Below are positions 20,968 through 30,837 of a stretch of 64,000 nucleotides of DNA, piece by piece. A model generated the notes under the pieces. That model was not told where the DNA came from. It saw only the letters and a list, made by a program, of their open reading frames with translations, and made no database searches. Source of the DNA: a virus (taxonomy: Duplodnaviria; Caudoviricetes). The position numbers and the translations under genes are program-made. The DNA lies in the IMG/VR virus record IMGVR_UViG_3300028888_000047, positions 253,465-317,464 of that record; one strand, given 5' to 3'. Every line of letters starts with the position of its first letter. The first letter of the stretch is position 1.

Positions 20968-22962
20968 TTATATCAACTTTGTTCTAACTTGAATATCACT
21001 GGATGGGTTATATATTTCAAAACAACTATTATAATCACTTAATAAAACGTGGTCAATAGAGTCCAAATCTATTTTAAATGAGTCAGCATTACTATCCACT
21101 TTAAATATTCCGCCTTCTTTTGACTCAGAATAAGGGCATTTATCTGAACTATATGCTCCATTATAAATGTTATATACTTCAAAATTAATCATTGATATTA
21201 CTCCATCTATTAGCATTATTTCCTTTTCTAAATCGCCCACGAATATATTTTCTCCCATATCGTGTCTATCTATAGACATATATTCTTTAATCTTTTCAAT
21301 AACATTAGTAATAACGGTAGGCACATCATAGGTTTTACTTACAAATATATCAACTGAAAAACCCAAATTGTATATTTTTCCGCTCCTGCATTCTATATAA
21401 TCGCCAAGAGTTTTATAATGCGACATATATTCTTCTATATTTTCGACCAATGTTTCAGGTAATGCTTTTACAAGTTTTCCATTGGCGTTCATACCAAGCA
21501 TACTAATTACTATTTTGTTATTTTCTTCAATTGCAGAAACCCTATACGGCGCTCCATATTTAGGGGGCATCATCATCAGCCTATATTTATAGTCCTTTAC
21601 AGTAATACATCTTTCTTGAGAAGCATTATTGTATTTTGTAAGATATTTTATTTCTTCTGTTGATGGTGCGTCTTTTCCTGCAACAGCAGTACTTGTATTT
21701 GTAACGCTTAATGAATTTAAAATACTTCCCCTAATGTTGGCAACAGATGTATCGGTCGTAGCGTTTTGCTTAAATTCAGCAACTGTAAGCGAAATAGAAT
21801 TAATCGCTCCAACTCCTATGTTGCTTGACACACCTCCACCTACTCTATATAACACAAACATTGTCCAACCTTCTCTAGGTAACACACCAAGCATATCATT
21901 ATTAATAATATTTGACATTATTCTTTCAGAAAACTTGGTTTTAACTTTTGGTAATTCATCATATAAAACGCCACTACCAAAAATAAGTTTTATATATCCA
22001 TTATCTGTATATTCAGTGATAAATTTTTGTGTTATTGGCTTCCACTTACCTCTATAATATCTTGTGGTTCTTATTGAGCTTCCATTGTCATCTGTTTCGG
22101 TATAATCATCATACATTTCTGGGTTGAAATAATCCTGTAATATGCCATTATCTATTTTTACTTCGGACATAAACCTATATTGTTCAGCCAAAGAATCCAC
22201 CTCAAAAAATCTAAATGTATCAGCAGCTTCTGATGTCATTTTATATTGTTCCGAATCAACATAAAACTCAGAAATTTCTGGGTCATTCTGAAAATTAGAT
22301 GTTTCTTTAAAAATTACAGATTCAATATTCATAACATTCTTTTCAGGCAGTACAATTTCCATAAAAGGCTTTAAATCTTGTTTTAATATCACCTTTTTAT
22401 ATATTCTTGTGCTACCATTTACAGCTAATGTGCTTTTTGTTACCGTGTATGCAGTTACAATACCATTAGTGTTTCTAAGTGGAACAAACGTTCTATTAGA
22501 ATATCCATTTTTATTAAATTGTTCACTAAAATCAACATCTTCATATAATTGAAAATTAAGATTTCCGGCCGATACAACAGTACTTTTCTTAACTATTGGG
22601 GCATAATTCCAATCTGGAGAAGATATGTTACCAGTAGTAGTATCTCCTACCGGTAACACACAGCTTAATTCAATCTCACACATACTTGCCTTTGGACCAG
22701 GAACCTTTAAACCATTTGTACGGGCAATATTTAGAACGGTGCTTTTTAACTTAGCACTATTCACGTTTGTCTCTTGATACATACGGTCAATATGGTATGA
22801 TAAGTTATCTCCAACAGAAGATACCAAATCAATAAACCAAGACCCAACACTTGAGTCGTTAAAACTATCTGATAGTTCAGGATAATACTTATTACTGAAC
22901 TTTATTAACTCAGATTTATAATCATCAAAATTTCTAGCTAAAAAATTTATTCCTTTTTCCAT
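20968..22962 (-). CDS. Baseplate wedge subunit (T4 gp6/baseplate J-like)
   Basis: NFLARNFDDYKSEL...DNLSYHID...A...G, LIFGSG, YRVGGG..SNI, AGKDAPSTEEIK...ASQERCITVKDY; follows gp25. Confidence 0.85.
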   Translation of the reverse strand: MEKGINFLARNFDDYKSELIKFSNKYYPELSDSFNDSSVGSWFIDLVSSVGDNLSYHIDRMYQETNVNSAKLKSTVLNIARTNGLKVPGPKASMCEIELSCVLPVGDTTTGNISSPDWNYAPIVKKSTVVSAGNLNFQLYEDVDFSEQFNKNGYSNRTFVPLRNTNGIVTAYTVTKSTLAVNGSTRIYKKVILKQDLKPFMEIVLPEKNVMNIESVIFKETSNFQNDPEISEFYVDSEQYKMTSEAADTFRFFEVDSLAEQYRFMSEVKIDNGILQDYFNPEMYDDYTETDDNGSSIRTTRYYRGKWKPITQKFITEYTDNGYIKLIFGSGVLYDELPKVKTKFSERIMSNIINNDMLGVLPREGWTMFVLYRVGGGVSSNIGVGAINSISLTVAEFKQNATTDTSVANIRGSILNSLSVTNTSTAVAGKDAPSTEEIKYLTKYNNASQERCITVKDYKYRLMMMPPKYGAPYRVSAIEENNKIVISMLGMNANGKLVKALPETLVENIEEYMSHYKTLGDYIECRSGKIYNLGFSVDIFVSKTYDVPTVITNVIEKIKEYMSIDRHDMGENIFVGDLEKEIMLIDGVISMINFEVYNIYNGAYSSDKCPYSESKEGGIFKVDSNADSFKIDLDSIDHVLLSDYNSCFEIYNPSSDIQVRTKLI

Positions 22963-23351
22963 TACAATTGTGCAATTATACTGTCATTAGTTAATTTATT
23001 TCCTTCTTTTACAGAATAATCCATCCTCACAAATATCTCAGCTCTCTCATCATTGCTCTGAACGACCCTTATATCATTCATTATACAATTTGGAACATAC
23101 CTTTGCACGGATGCAACTATCTCATTCTTAACACTTTCCCATGTTTCAGAGTCATTTGGGCTGAATATATATTTAATTAAATCTGTACCAAACTCAGGAT
23201 TTCTTATTCTTTGACCCTTTGGGGTGAATATCACATGCATTATCTGACTCCTAACCTTATCCTTCTCAGTCATATTAACATCACAAAAGAAGTTCTGATA
23301 ATCATTAGTAGTGAAAGGAAATTTTATGTTAAAATACTGCCTTTTTGCCAT
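22962..23351 (-). CDS. Baseplate protein gp25/GPW family
   Basis: IKFPF...TPKGQRIRNPEFGTDL signature; 129 aa. Confidence 0.9.
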   Translation of the reverse strand: MAKRQYFNIKFPFTTNDYQNFFCDVNMTEKDKVRSQIMHVIFTPKGQRIRNPEFGTDLIKYIFSPNDSETWESVKNEIVASVQRYVPNCIMNDIRVVQSNDERAEIFVRMDYSVKEGNKLTNDSIIAQL

Positions 23352-23423
23352 CGTTACATTTTTAATATATAATTATCTAAAAGATAACTTTTTATCAATG
23401 TTTGTAAACAAAAAAAGACAGCT

Positions 23424-23918
23424 TCATTTAGCTGCCTTTTTCCAAAACAAATTGGTAATATCTTTAAATTCTATCTTCTTAGCTCCATCCTGCAATCTTT
23501 CATGAGATAATTTATATAACCGTTGATTGGTAGTTTCTTTATTAAGTCCTCCCAATTTTTCATCATAATGCCCAAGCTTAATATAATCAAACCAATCGAA
23601 CTCAACATTTTTATAAAAATTATCCATTCCGCTGTACCACCCGACCTTTAATCCTCTAACCTCATGAACATATTCAGCAAGAGCACAAATTGCATCAGGA
23701 GAAGCGTCACCACCCATAAAACAAACACAAGATATGCCATCGTTTTTATCAATTAATGAATCAAGTTCATCGGTTGTTAATTCAGTTCCAACATCATCCC
23801 ATAAAAACTTTGAATGGCACCCCGGACATTTGCAAGGGCAGTTTGTTATATTGATTGCCAATGTTATTTCATCTGGTATTTCTTCAAATACCACCATTGA
23901 ATTGTAATATTTAACCAT
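23424..23918 (-). CDS. nrdG: Anaerobic ribonucleotide reductase activating enzyme
   Basis: Radical-SAM motif CPCKCPGCH, MGGD, YIKLGHY and TTNQRLY; adjacent to nrdD. Confidence 0.93.
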   Translation of the reverse strand: MVKYYNSMVVFEEIPDEITLAINITNCPCKCPGCHSKFLWDDVGTELTTDELDSLIDKNDGISCVCFMGGDASPDAICALAEYVHEVRGLKVGWYSGMDNFYKNVEFDWFDYIKLGHYDEKLGGLNKETTNQRLYKLSHERLQDGAKKIEFKDITNLFWKKAAK

Positions 23919-24174
23919 TTTCCAACTCGTTTAACTTATTTTCCAAATCCTGCACATTGAAAAGCCCAATAAATCTACCAACCTCTTTGTTATTTTCATC
24001 AATAATGATTGTTGTCGGCACATTTCTAATGCCATAATTCATTAATTCCTTTTCGTCTGCGTCATCAACATCAACCTTTTCTATTTCGCATCTATTGAAA
24101 TTCTTCAATTTCTGCTCCAATACCCTGCATGGACCACACCATGAGGCTGAAAACTTCTTAATCTTATATTTCAT
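23911..24174 (-). CDS. trxA: Thioredoxin
   Basis: FSASWCGPC active site and cis-Pro motif IRNVPT; 87 aa. Confidence 0.9.
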   Translation of the reverse strand: MKYKIKKFSASWCGPCRVLEQKLKNFNRCEIEKVDVDDADEKELMNYGIRNVPTTIIIDENNKEVGRFIGLFNVQDLENKLNELENG

Positions 24175-24196
24175 CTTTTAAACACATTTTAAATAA

Positions 24197-24219
24197 ATGG
24201 AGTACACTTGGTACTCCAT
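24197..24219 (-). terminator. Stem-loop after nrdD
   Basis: Perfect 9-bp stem ATGGAGTAC/GTACTCCAT with a 5-nt loop, right after the nrdD stop. Confidence 0.5.
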
Positions 24220-24222
24220 ATT

Positions 24223-26418
24223 TTATTCTTTGTTATAATATCTCATTTTTGCTTCAACCTGCCTTGGCTCGCAAAATGAACTTTCTCTTTTTAAATAACC
24301 TATTATTCTTGTTAAATAATCCAAGTTTTTACTTCCACATTTAGGGCAAGAATCTAACGTATCTTTACTTATATATCCACATTCGTTACAAACTGTATTT
24401 TTGCAATTGAATGTAAAATAACTGCACCCATATTCAGAAGCAACCCTCAATAATTGTCTATATTGGTCAAACGATAAGTGTTCGTTTATGTTAATGTGGG
24501 CAGCTTGGCCTCCATCGCACCATTTAACAAAGTCGTTGCCGTGCAATTTCATTTTATCAAGTATAGATAAGCTACTATCTTCTGGATTAAAGAAATAACT
24601 ACTATACATTATATGTTTAGGAGAAACATAATACCCGTCCTTTTTATCCCAATTATAGTTTTTATTAGAGAGATTTTCACCTGGTACAAATTCTGTATTG
24701 TACATGCAATCTCTTGTTCTATCTTTTTTGTTAGAAACATTAATTGTTTCGAGAATTGTATTTACAAATTCTTTATAGTAATCATTCAAATTTGCATCTA
24801 TTGATAAAAATTCTGCTGCATCTGTTAAACCGTTTACGCCAACCGTCAAATATTGTTTTTTCATATTTATAAAGCCGCCTTTATAAACATCTAACATGTT
24901 AGCGTTAAAGAAATCCTTTATAATTTCATTAAAAGCTCTTTGGTACTTATGCACTCTTTCTGTCATTTCAGTAATTCCATCATGAATGTACGAATAAAGT
25001 AACTTTTTATCTTTTACACTTTTAATATCTACTTGTTTTCCTTTTTCAATATCAGTATTTTCAACTTCTTTGAAATATAACCTCGTTGCGTTTTGTATGA
25101 CTCTATTTAAATTAATTGTCATAACAGATTTAGAACCAGTTGCTACTGACGCTGTTCCCATTGAGAATTGATGCGTCGTATGATTGTGTTCTTCATCTAA
25201 CTCGCTGTCTTTCAATGAGTTACGAAGTCTACAGCAGCTTGAGAGACTGTCTGGCGAATCACTTAAATAGCAGAAGAATGAATGACCTTCAGACCACATT
25301 TCTGCTGTAAAATCAGCATATTCTTTGTCAACTATATCGTGGCCATCTGTAAGCATTGCCATTGTTTCCACGGGAAATGTTAAAACATATTTGGTTCTTT
25401 CTTCATTAAACCATTTCATAAATTTCTTCTGCAACCAAGACAATGTTTCCCACTTTGGTTCAGTTCCATCTGGAAATTTAAATCCGCTAAAAACGCCTTC
25501 AAAATAGTTTCTATCAAAATAACCTACATTCCAGAAGACCGTCTGGTAGCCGCGATTTCCGGCTGGCATATTCATTGAATGTACTACTTGTTGGAAACAA
25601 TTCTCAATCACTTGTTCAAGAGTTCTGCCTTTCCTGTTTATTTCAACCTTTTCACCTAATTTACTTAAATAATCATCGCCATAATCTTTTCTAATGAAAT
25701 AATCCATATACATCAAAAACTCAGGTGTAGCAACGGCTCCCATAAATTGCGAAGATACAGAATAAACAAGATTAATGAATTCTCCACAGTAAGACTTTAA
25801 ATCTGTTGGCGCTGTTGATTGGCCTCCAAGATTTTTTAATCCATCTACAAGGAAAGGATACATCGTTATAGCTACACAATATGGATAGCCTGGAGTTCCA
25901 CTTTCATCGTGCTTGTAAAGCACATGACTTTCAAGGTCTTTTATATATTGGTCTGCTAATTTTTTAGAATATAATGCTTTAATCTTATTGTGCATTATAT
26001 ATCTATTTTGCTGAATATTCTTGCCTTTGTGTAGTTCTTGACCAAGAGTTACAACATTTTTGTTTTCTACATTTGCATTTGAGTCGTATTTTGAACCTGT
26101 TGAAGCGTTCGAAGCATCAATATAGTCTCTTATGAAATCACTATCTTTCTTTAGAGTTTTATTTTTTCCTTCAGCTTCTTCATATGCTTTAATATACGCT
26201 CTCGCAACTTTTTTATTGACTGACATTAAGGCTTCTTCTATTTGCCTTCTTATTTCCTGAGAACTAATTTTATCATATATTAAAAGGTTTTTTATTAATG
26301 AATCAATTAATCCGTCAGGACAAATTTCATTTGTGGCTACATATGCCTCACAAATGCCATGTTTAATTTTAGAGGCATCATAATCCTCAAAAGAGTCATC
26401 GTTTTTTCTTACTTCCAT
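24223..26418 (-). CDS. nrdD: Class III (anaerobic) ribonucleoside-triphosphate reductase
   Basis: N-terminal ATP cone, YKHDE, SSCCRL finger loop, CxxC...CPKC Zn site, and glycyl-radical motif RIIGYL. Confidence 0.96.
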   Translation of the reverse strand: MEVRKNDDSFEDYDASKIKHGICEAYVATNEICPDGLIDSLIKNLLIYDKISSQEIRRQIEEALMSVNKKVARAYIKAYEEAEGKNKTLKKDSDFIRDYIDASNASTGSKYDSNANVENKNVVTLGQELHKGKNIQQNRYIMHNKIKALYSKKLADQYIKDLESHVLYKHDESGTPGYPYCVAITMYPFLVDGLKNLGGQSTAPTDLKSYCGEFINLVYSVSSQFMGAVATPEFLMYMDYFIRKDYGDDYLSKLGEKVEINRKGRTLEQVIENCFQQVVHSMNMPAGNRGYQTVFWNVGYFDRNYFEGVFSGFKFPDGTEPKWETLSWLQKKFMKWFNEERTKYVLTFPVETMAMLTDGHDIVDKEYADFTAEMWSEGHSFFCYLSDSPDSLSSCCRLRNSLKDSELDEEHNHTTHQFSMGTASVATGSKSVMTINLNRVIQNATRLYFKEVENTDIEKGKQVDIKSVKDKKLLYSYIHDGITEMTERVHKYQRAFNEIIKDFFNANMLDVYKGGFINMKKQYLTVGVNGLTDAAEFLSIDANLNDYYKEFVNTILETINVSNKKDRTRDCMYNTEFVPGENLSNKNYNWDKKDGYYVSPKHIMYSSYFFNPEDSSLSILDKMKLHGNDFVKWCDGGQAAHININEHLSFDQYRQLLRVASEYGCSYFTFNCKNTVCNECGYISKDTLDSCPKCGSKNLDYLTRIIGYLKRESSFCEPRQVEAKMRYYNKE

Positions 26419-26606
26419 TAAAGCAAAACTTTAAATTAATTATTTTTACATTTCGGTTAACCATTTTTTTATTTTTTACATCTTGATGTGAAAATAAATA
26501 TGCCGAAAAAAAATAAAAATCGCCAAAAAAATTAAATTAAAATTGGCTATCTTTCTTAATTCAATGATAGCCAATGATTTTGGAAAAAAAATTTTTTTAT
26601 TTTTTT

Positions 26607-28034
26607 TTATGGTGCATTTTTCTGCCTATTCATGATATTTACTATTTTATCTTGGATGTCTTTATCCCTATCTTTTTTAAAGGCTAACATACCGTTAAAT
26701 TCATCAACATTATCAGTACTAATTATACAAGTACCATTGTTAAATTCAACGTTATCAAAGACTTTTCCTGCCTTTCCTGCTCTATTTTTCAATATCGCAA
26801 TAGTGGCCTTACTTTCTTCAATATCTTCAACTGTTCTTGCAATTGACATTACGATGTGAGCAATTTGAATCTTTTTGAAAGAGCCACCCGCTTTATCCAT
26901 TGTAACTACTTCAACATTAAGTGAGTCCTTTGTGCCTTGAACTGGAATCCAAATACCAATGTTAAGTTCTCCTGCCATTGATTCGAACTTTCTCATTGTT
27001 TTTCCTTCCTTTTCCCATTTATCATCACTTGAATCACCTTTGCAAAGAAGACATTCAAAATAGTCAACAATAACAAGGTCAGGACTAAAGCCCATATTTT
27101 TAAGTTTTATTATTAGCCTTTTTATATCATCAGCGGTTTTTTCTCCACTTGGTAATCTAATAATTCTAAGATTTCTTTGAAGGGTTTCCCTATCCTTATA
27201 ATGCTCCAAAGTATATTTAACCTTATCAATATATTCAGGTTTTGATAAGTCTTTTGCTTCCACACCGGTTATTCTACCAAAATGCTTTCTTTGAATTTGT
27301 TTTACCCTGTCTTCAAAAACTATTTGTAACACTTTATACCCGTCATTATTATTCTGTGGAGAACGATAAGTTGCTGCAAATGAAGCTATTGCTGTTGTTA
27401 GGCTCGTCTTACCGAATGAGCTGCTTCCAACTATAACACCCAATTCTCCCTTTCCAAGTCCGCCTTCAAGCGTTTCATCTATTTTACCTATTCCTGTCGG
27501 TATTGCTATTCTATAGTCTTCTGACAATGTTTCTGCTTCATTTTCAAAAACACTGTGCCCTAAATCTTCGCTTGTTCCTTGCGTAAGAGCTTTATTGAGT
27601 ATTTCAACGCATTTATCATAGTTTTCAATATCACCTTTACCTGCGATTTTAATAATCTCATTTGCGACGCGAATCATGTTTTGTTGTTTAAAGAATTTTT
27701 CAGATAATTCTCTTACAAAATTAGAATCTTCAGATGACATTTGATGTATTTTATCAACTACAGCATCATAATACTCTTTTTCTGTAGAATTATGCGATTT
27801 GCTTGCTAAAACGAACTTTAGTGTATCATAATTGGCAGGTTTTCCTTCTTTTCTATAATATTCCCTCATAACCCCAACCAATGTTTTAAGGTTTGGGTCT
27901 GTAAAAAGGTTTTGGTCAATGATGTCGCACAAATCTTTGAAAAATTCTTTATCTTCAATAAATTCATGTACGAGTTTATACTGAAAGTCTTCTCCTAGAA
28001 AACCCAATTTATTTGTTTGTGCGTTCTTTGCCAT
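26607..28034 (-). CDS. dnaB: Replicative DNA helicase (DnaB/T4 gp41-like)
   Basis: IPTGIGKIDETLEGGL, Walker A GSSSFGKT, Walker B VIVDY, and KNRAG. Confidence 0.92.
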   Translation of the reverse strand: MAKNAQTNKLGFLGEDFQYKLVHEFIEDKEFFKDLCDIIDQNLFTDPNLKTLVGVMREYYRKEGKPANYDTLKFVLASKSHNSTEKEYYDAVVDKIHQMSSEDSNFVRELSEKFFKQQNMIRVANEIIKIAGKGDIENYDKCVEILNKALTQGTSEDLGHSVFENEAETLSEDYRIAIPTGIGKIDETLEGGLGKGELGVIVGSSSFGKTSLTTAIASFAATYRSPQNNNDGYKVLQIVFEDRVKQIQRKHFGRITGVEAKDLSKPEYIDKVKYTLEHYKDRETLQRNLRIIRLPSGEKTADDIKRLIIKLKNMGFSPDLVIVDYFECLLCKGDSSDDKWEKEGKTMRKFESMAGELNIGIWIPVQGTKDSLNVEVVTMDKAGGSFKKIQIAHIVMSIARTVEDIEESKATIAILKNRAGKAGKVFDNVEFNNGTCIISTDNVDEFNGMLAFKKDRDKDIQDKIVNIMNRQKNAP

Positions 28035-28041
28035 TTTTCAA

Positions 28042-28791
28042 TTATTTTTTAGCGGTTTCTACTTCTAATCTCTTTTTTGCGTCTTCTGATGCCAATTTAA
28101 ACCATTTCCTTTCCAATTTTCTGTTATGCGCTTCAATGTTGTAATCATAAACTACTTCATTACCATCTTTATCTTTTCCATACTTTTCAGATAAAGTGTA
28201 ATCGCCAATTTTGGCGTAAGTACCTTCATGAGTTGAGCAAGTTTCACATATTTGCTTTGTTATCTGTAGCAATAAATCAGATTTATCCATAATCATTGCC
28301 TTTAGAACCTGATGTTCAAAGCTCAGTCTATCTTCATTTGTCTTAAAGAAAGATTCCTTATCATATGTATAAACCCTACCATCTTTAGAAACAATCTTAA
28401 CTACCTTATTACTAATGTCAACCTTATCTCTAATCGCCTTTGGGTATGCATATCCGTCCCAAATCTTACTAATTACCACTTTTTTCTTATCCAACACTTC
28501 AAACTTGAATGTGCATTCCCAAGGCTCAATTGGCTTGCCTACTAATTCGTCAAACACTTCAGGTTCTGCCGGATTAAAGAAATACCACGTATAAACTCTA
28601 CTTTTAGACTTCAAATCATTATCAATCATATTAACGATTTCATCCACTTTGTCTTTAAACTCCATAGACTCCATACTGTGTTCAATAAAATCATTGATTT
28701 TAAAGTTTCGTTTACAAATAATGTTGTTATTTACATACAACGCAAATTCAAATCTCTCTTCCTTGTAAGTTTGTTCTTTTAAGTTAGCCAT
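28042..28791 (-). CDS. Hypothetical protein
   Basis: 249 aa ORF directly upstream of the helicase; no motif recognised. Confidence 0.6.
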   Translation of the reverse strand: MANLKEQTYKEERFEFALYVNNNIICKRNFKINDFIEHSMESMEFKDKVDEIVNMIDNDLKSKSRVYTWYFFNPAEPEVFDELVGKPIEPWECTFKFEVLDKKKVVISKIWDGYAYPKAIRDKVDISNKVVKIVSKDGRVYTYDKESFFKTNEDRLSFEHQVLKAMIMDKSDLLLQITKQICETCSTHEGTYAKIGDYTLSEKYGKDKDGNEVVYDYNIEAHNRKLERKWFKLASEDAKKRLEVETAKK

Positions 28792-28825
28792 AACTAAATA
28801 AAAATTAATTGTTAAACATATATTT

Positions 28826-29074
28826 TTAAAAAACTCTATTCTGTGCTGCTTTTATAAAATATCTAAGCGCTTTTTCTGACGTGTCCATGTATTTAAACAC
28901 CTTTGTGTTATAATATGTTTCTTCACCGTCATTAAATGTTTTATAATATACCAATTTATATGCAGTTTTACCATCAAAATCGTTTATAAATTCGCCATGA
29001 AATGAATAATTTGGATTTCTAAACTGTAATAATGATATTGTTTCTTGATATTTTCTTATCAATTCCTCATTCAT
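28826..29074 (-). CDS. Hypothetical protein
   Basis: 82 aa ORF with ATG start, directly behind an early promoter. Confidence 0.6.
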   Translation of the reverse strand: MNEELIRKYQETISLLQFRNPNYSFHGEFINDFDGKTAYKLVYYKTFNDGEETYYNTKVFKYMDTSEKALRYFIKAAQNRVF

Positions 29075-29111
29075 AACAAATATTTTTTAAATTTAACATC
29101 TATTAACACTA

Positions 29112-29143
29112 CAAATATACAAAACATTTTTTTAAAAAACAAA
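29112..29143 (-). promoter_or_regulatory. Bacteroidota sigma-A-type promoter (TTTG-N20-TATATTTG)
   Basis: Both the -33 and -7 elements are present. Confidence 0.8.
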
Positions 29144-29145
29144 TT

Positions 29146-30309
29146 TTATGTTATTTTTTTAGCATATTCTTTTTCTTTTAAAATAATGCGCTCGTAAGGA
29201 CCAAGTAAATTGCCAAATTTTGACTCTTCTAACATATCCGTCATTTCATTTTCATAAATGATTTCATATATATTCTTAACATCCCTATCTTCAATATTCA
29301 TTGGGGCATATAACTCTTCTTTTAAGCCTTCCAAAGCTTCATCGGTTAATAATGGTTCTGACAAATCTATGATTTTTTTATTTATTTCATAAATGTCTTT
29401 GCCCTGTATGCCATCTGTAACGCGATTAACGATATTTTCAAGCGATTTGAGAGGCTTTTTTTTATCAGCCTTTCTCTCTTCCAACAAAGACTTGGAACGT
29501 TCTACAACGGCTTTTAATGACGTTTTTTCATTTTTCATTTCGGGAAACAATTTTAATAATGTTTGCTCGCCTAAGCCCTTTATTCCTTTTATGTTATCAG
29601 AAGCATCACCGCATAATATTTTTTTAACTAAAACATTTTCGTGAGTTATTCCAAGCTCTTCAACTGAATTCTTTGGTGTTATAAACTTTTTTAACGTCGG
29701 TATATATTGGCAAACCTCGTCATTTATTAACTGTGTTAAATCTCTATCGCCACTTACAATTACAACCCTTTCATTTGGCTTCTTATTTTTAACATAATAA
29801 GCAATAAGGTCATCACCTTCAACATCATCGTATATAAATTGTCTTATGAAGAGATTTTCAAGAATATCTTGTATTATTCCTCTTTGTCTTTGAAATGATT
29901 CATCATCAGTTTCAATTCGTTTAACTTCATATTTTTTGTTCTTACTATTTTTCAAAATATTTTTTACAAAATTATTTATTTTTTTATCATAATCAGAAAC
30001 GCCGGATGTTAATTCATAATGCTTATCTCTGTTTGCCTTATAATCCTTATAATAATTCCACCTGAGACTTCCTGAATTGAAGCCATCCCAACAAACTATA
30101 CAAAAATCAAAATCCTTTTTCTGTAATATTTGCCCCAATATTCTCAAGAATAAAAATATTGCTCCATATTCTTGACCCTTTGAATTCATTCTCTTATCAA
30201 CCAATGACATCTTTAGTAATGAATTGCCATCTACACATAATGTATAAATTAATTTTTCATTGCTAACATTGTTTGCTTCTGCTCTATTCTTTTTAACTAC
30301 TTGTTTCAT
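29146..30309 (-). CDS. rnh: 5'-3' exonuclease / T4 RNase H-like flap endonuclease
   Basis: VDGNSL, WDG, YKANR, VEGDDLIA, SGDRDLTQL and GDASDNIKGIKGLG (helix-3-turn-helix). Confidence 0.92.
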   Translation of the reverse strand: MKQVVKKNRAEANNVSNEKLIYTLCVDGNSLLKMSLVDKRMNSKGQEYGAIFLFLRILGQILQKKDFDFCIVCWDGFNSGSLRWNYYKDYKANRDKHYELTSGVSDYDKKINNFVKNILKNSKNKKYEVKRIETDDESFQRQRGIIQDILENLFIRQFIYDDVEGDDLIAYYVKNKKPNERVVIVSGDRDLTQLINDEVCQYIPTLKKFITPKNSVEELGITHENVLVKKILCGDASDNIKGIKGLGEQTLLKLFPEMKNEKTSLKAVVERSKSLLEERKADKKKPLKSLENIVNRVTDGIQGKDIYEINKKIIDLSEPLLTDEALEGLKEELYAPMNIEDRDVKNIYEIIYENEMTDMLEESKFGNLLGPYERIILKEKEYAKKIT

Positions 30310-30566
30310 TTAAATTTATATGTTTTTTCCGGTGTTATAATTTCCCAATACCAATCAATATTAGGGTCATACTTATAATTTGGCTTTGCGTCATAATATA
30401 CCTTTTTTAACTCTCTATACAATACCAACGCTGCATCCTCTGGAGTGTATGCTATAGTTTTTATTGCTTCCCATTCTCTGAAGGTAAGTTCTTTTCTTAC
30501 AAAAAAACTTTTTTTCTCTATTCCTACTTTAGAATAATCGTATATCTCATATTTGTATTTACCCAT
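30306..30566 (-). CDS. Small hypothetical protein (N-terminus paralogous to the upstream gene)
   Basis: Start set at MGKYKYEIYDYSK (ATG 30566), overlapping the upstream stop codon. Confidence 0.6.
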   Translation of the reverse strand: MGKYKYEIYDYSKVGIEKKSFFVRKELTFREWEAIKTIAYTPEDAALVLYRELKKVYYDAKPNYKYDPNIDWYWEIITPEKTYKFK

Positions 30567-30837
30567 TGTTATAAACATTTAAAAAATCTTCTCTATTGCT
30601 AACATATGTTGGAGTATATATTGGGCCTGTATATGTTGACAAACTTGTTAATATACTTCTATCAAGTTCTACCGCAATTTGTTCAGAAAGAATTGCTGTT
30701 AATTCGCCTTCAACGGAAATATTGTTAAATGCTGTAATATCATTAGCTAATTCAGTTGACCATACTACTTTACACACCTTTGGCTTACATATTTCAATTT
30801 TTGAATAATCGTAACTTTCAAATTTATACTTTCCCAT
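30559..30837 (-). CDS. Small protein containing a T4 gp23 major-capsid-like fragment
   Basis: WSTELANDITAFNNISVEGELTAILSEQIAVELDRSIL matches the conserved gp23 segment (W/Y-x-x-ELAQD...D-x-E-x-EL-x-x-IL-x-x-x-I-x-x-EI-x-R). Confidence 0.75.
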   Translation of the reverse strand: MGKYKFESYDYSKIEICKPKVCKVVWSTELANDITAFNNISVEGELTAILSEQIAVELDRSILTSLSTYTGPIYTPTYVSNREDFLNVYNNG

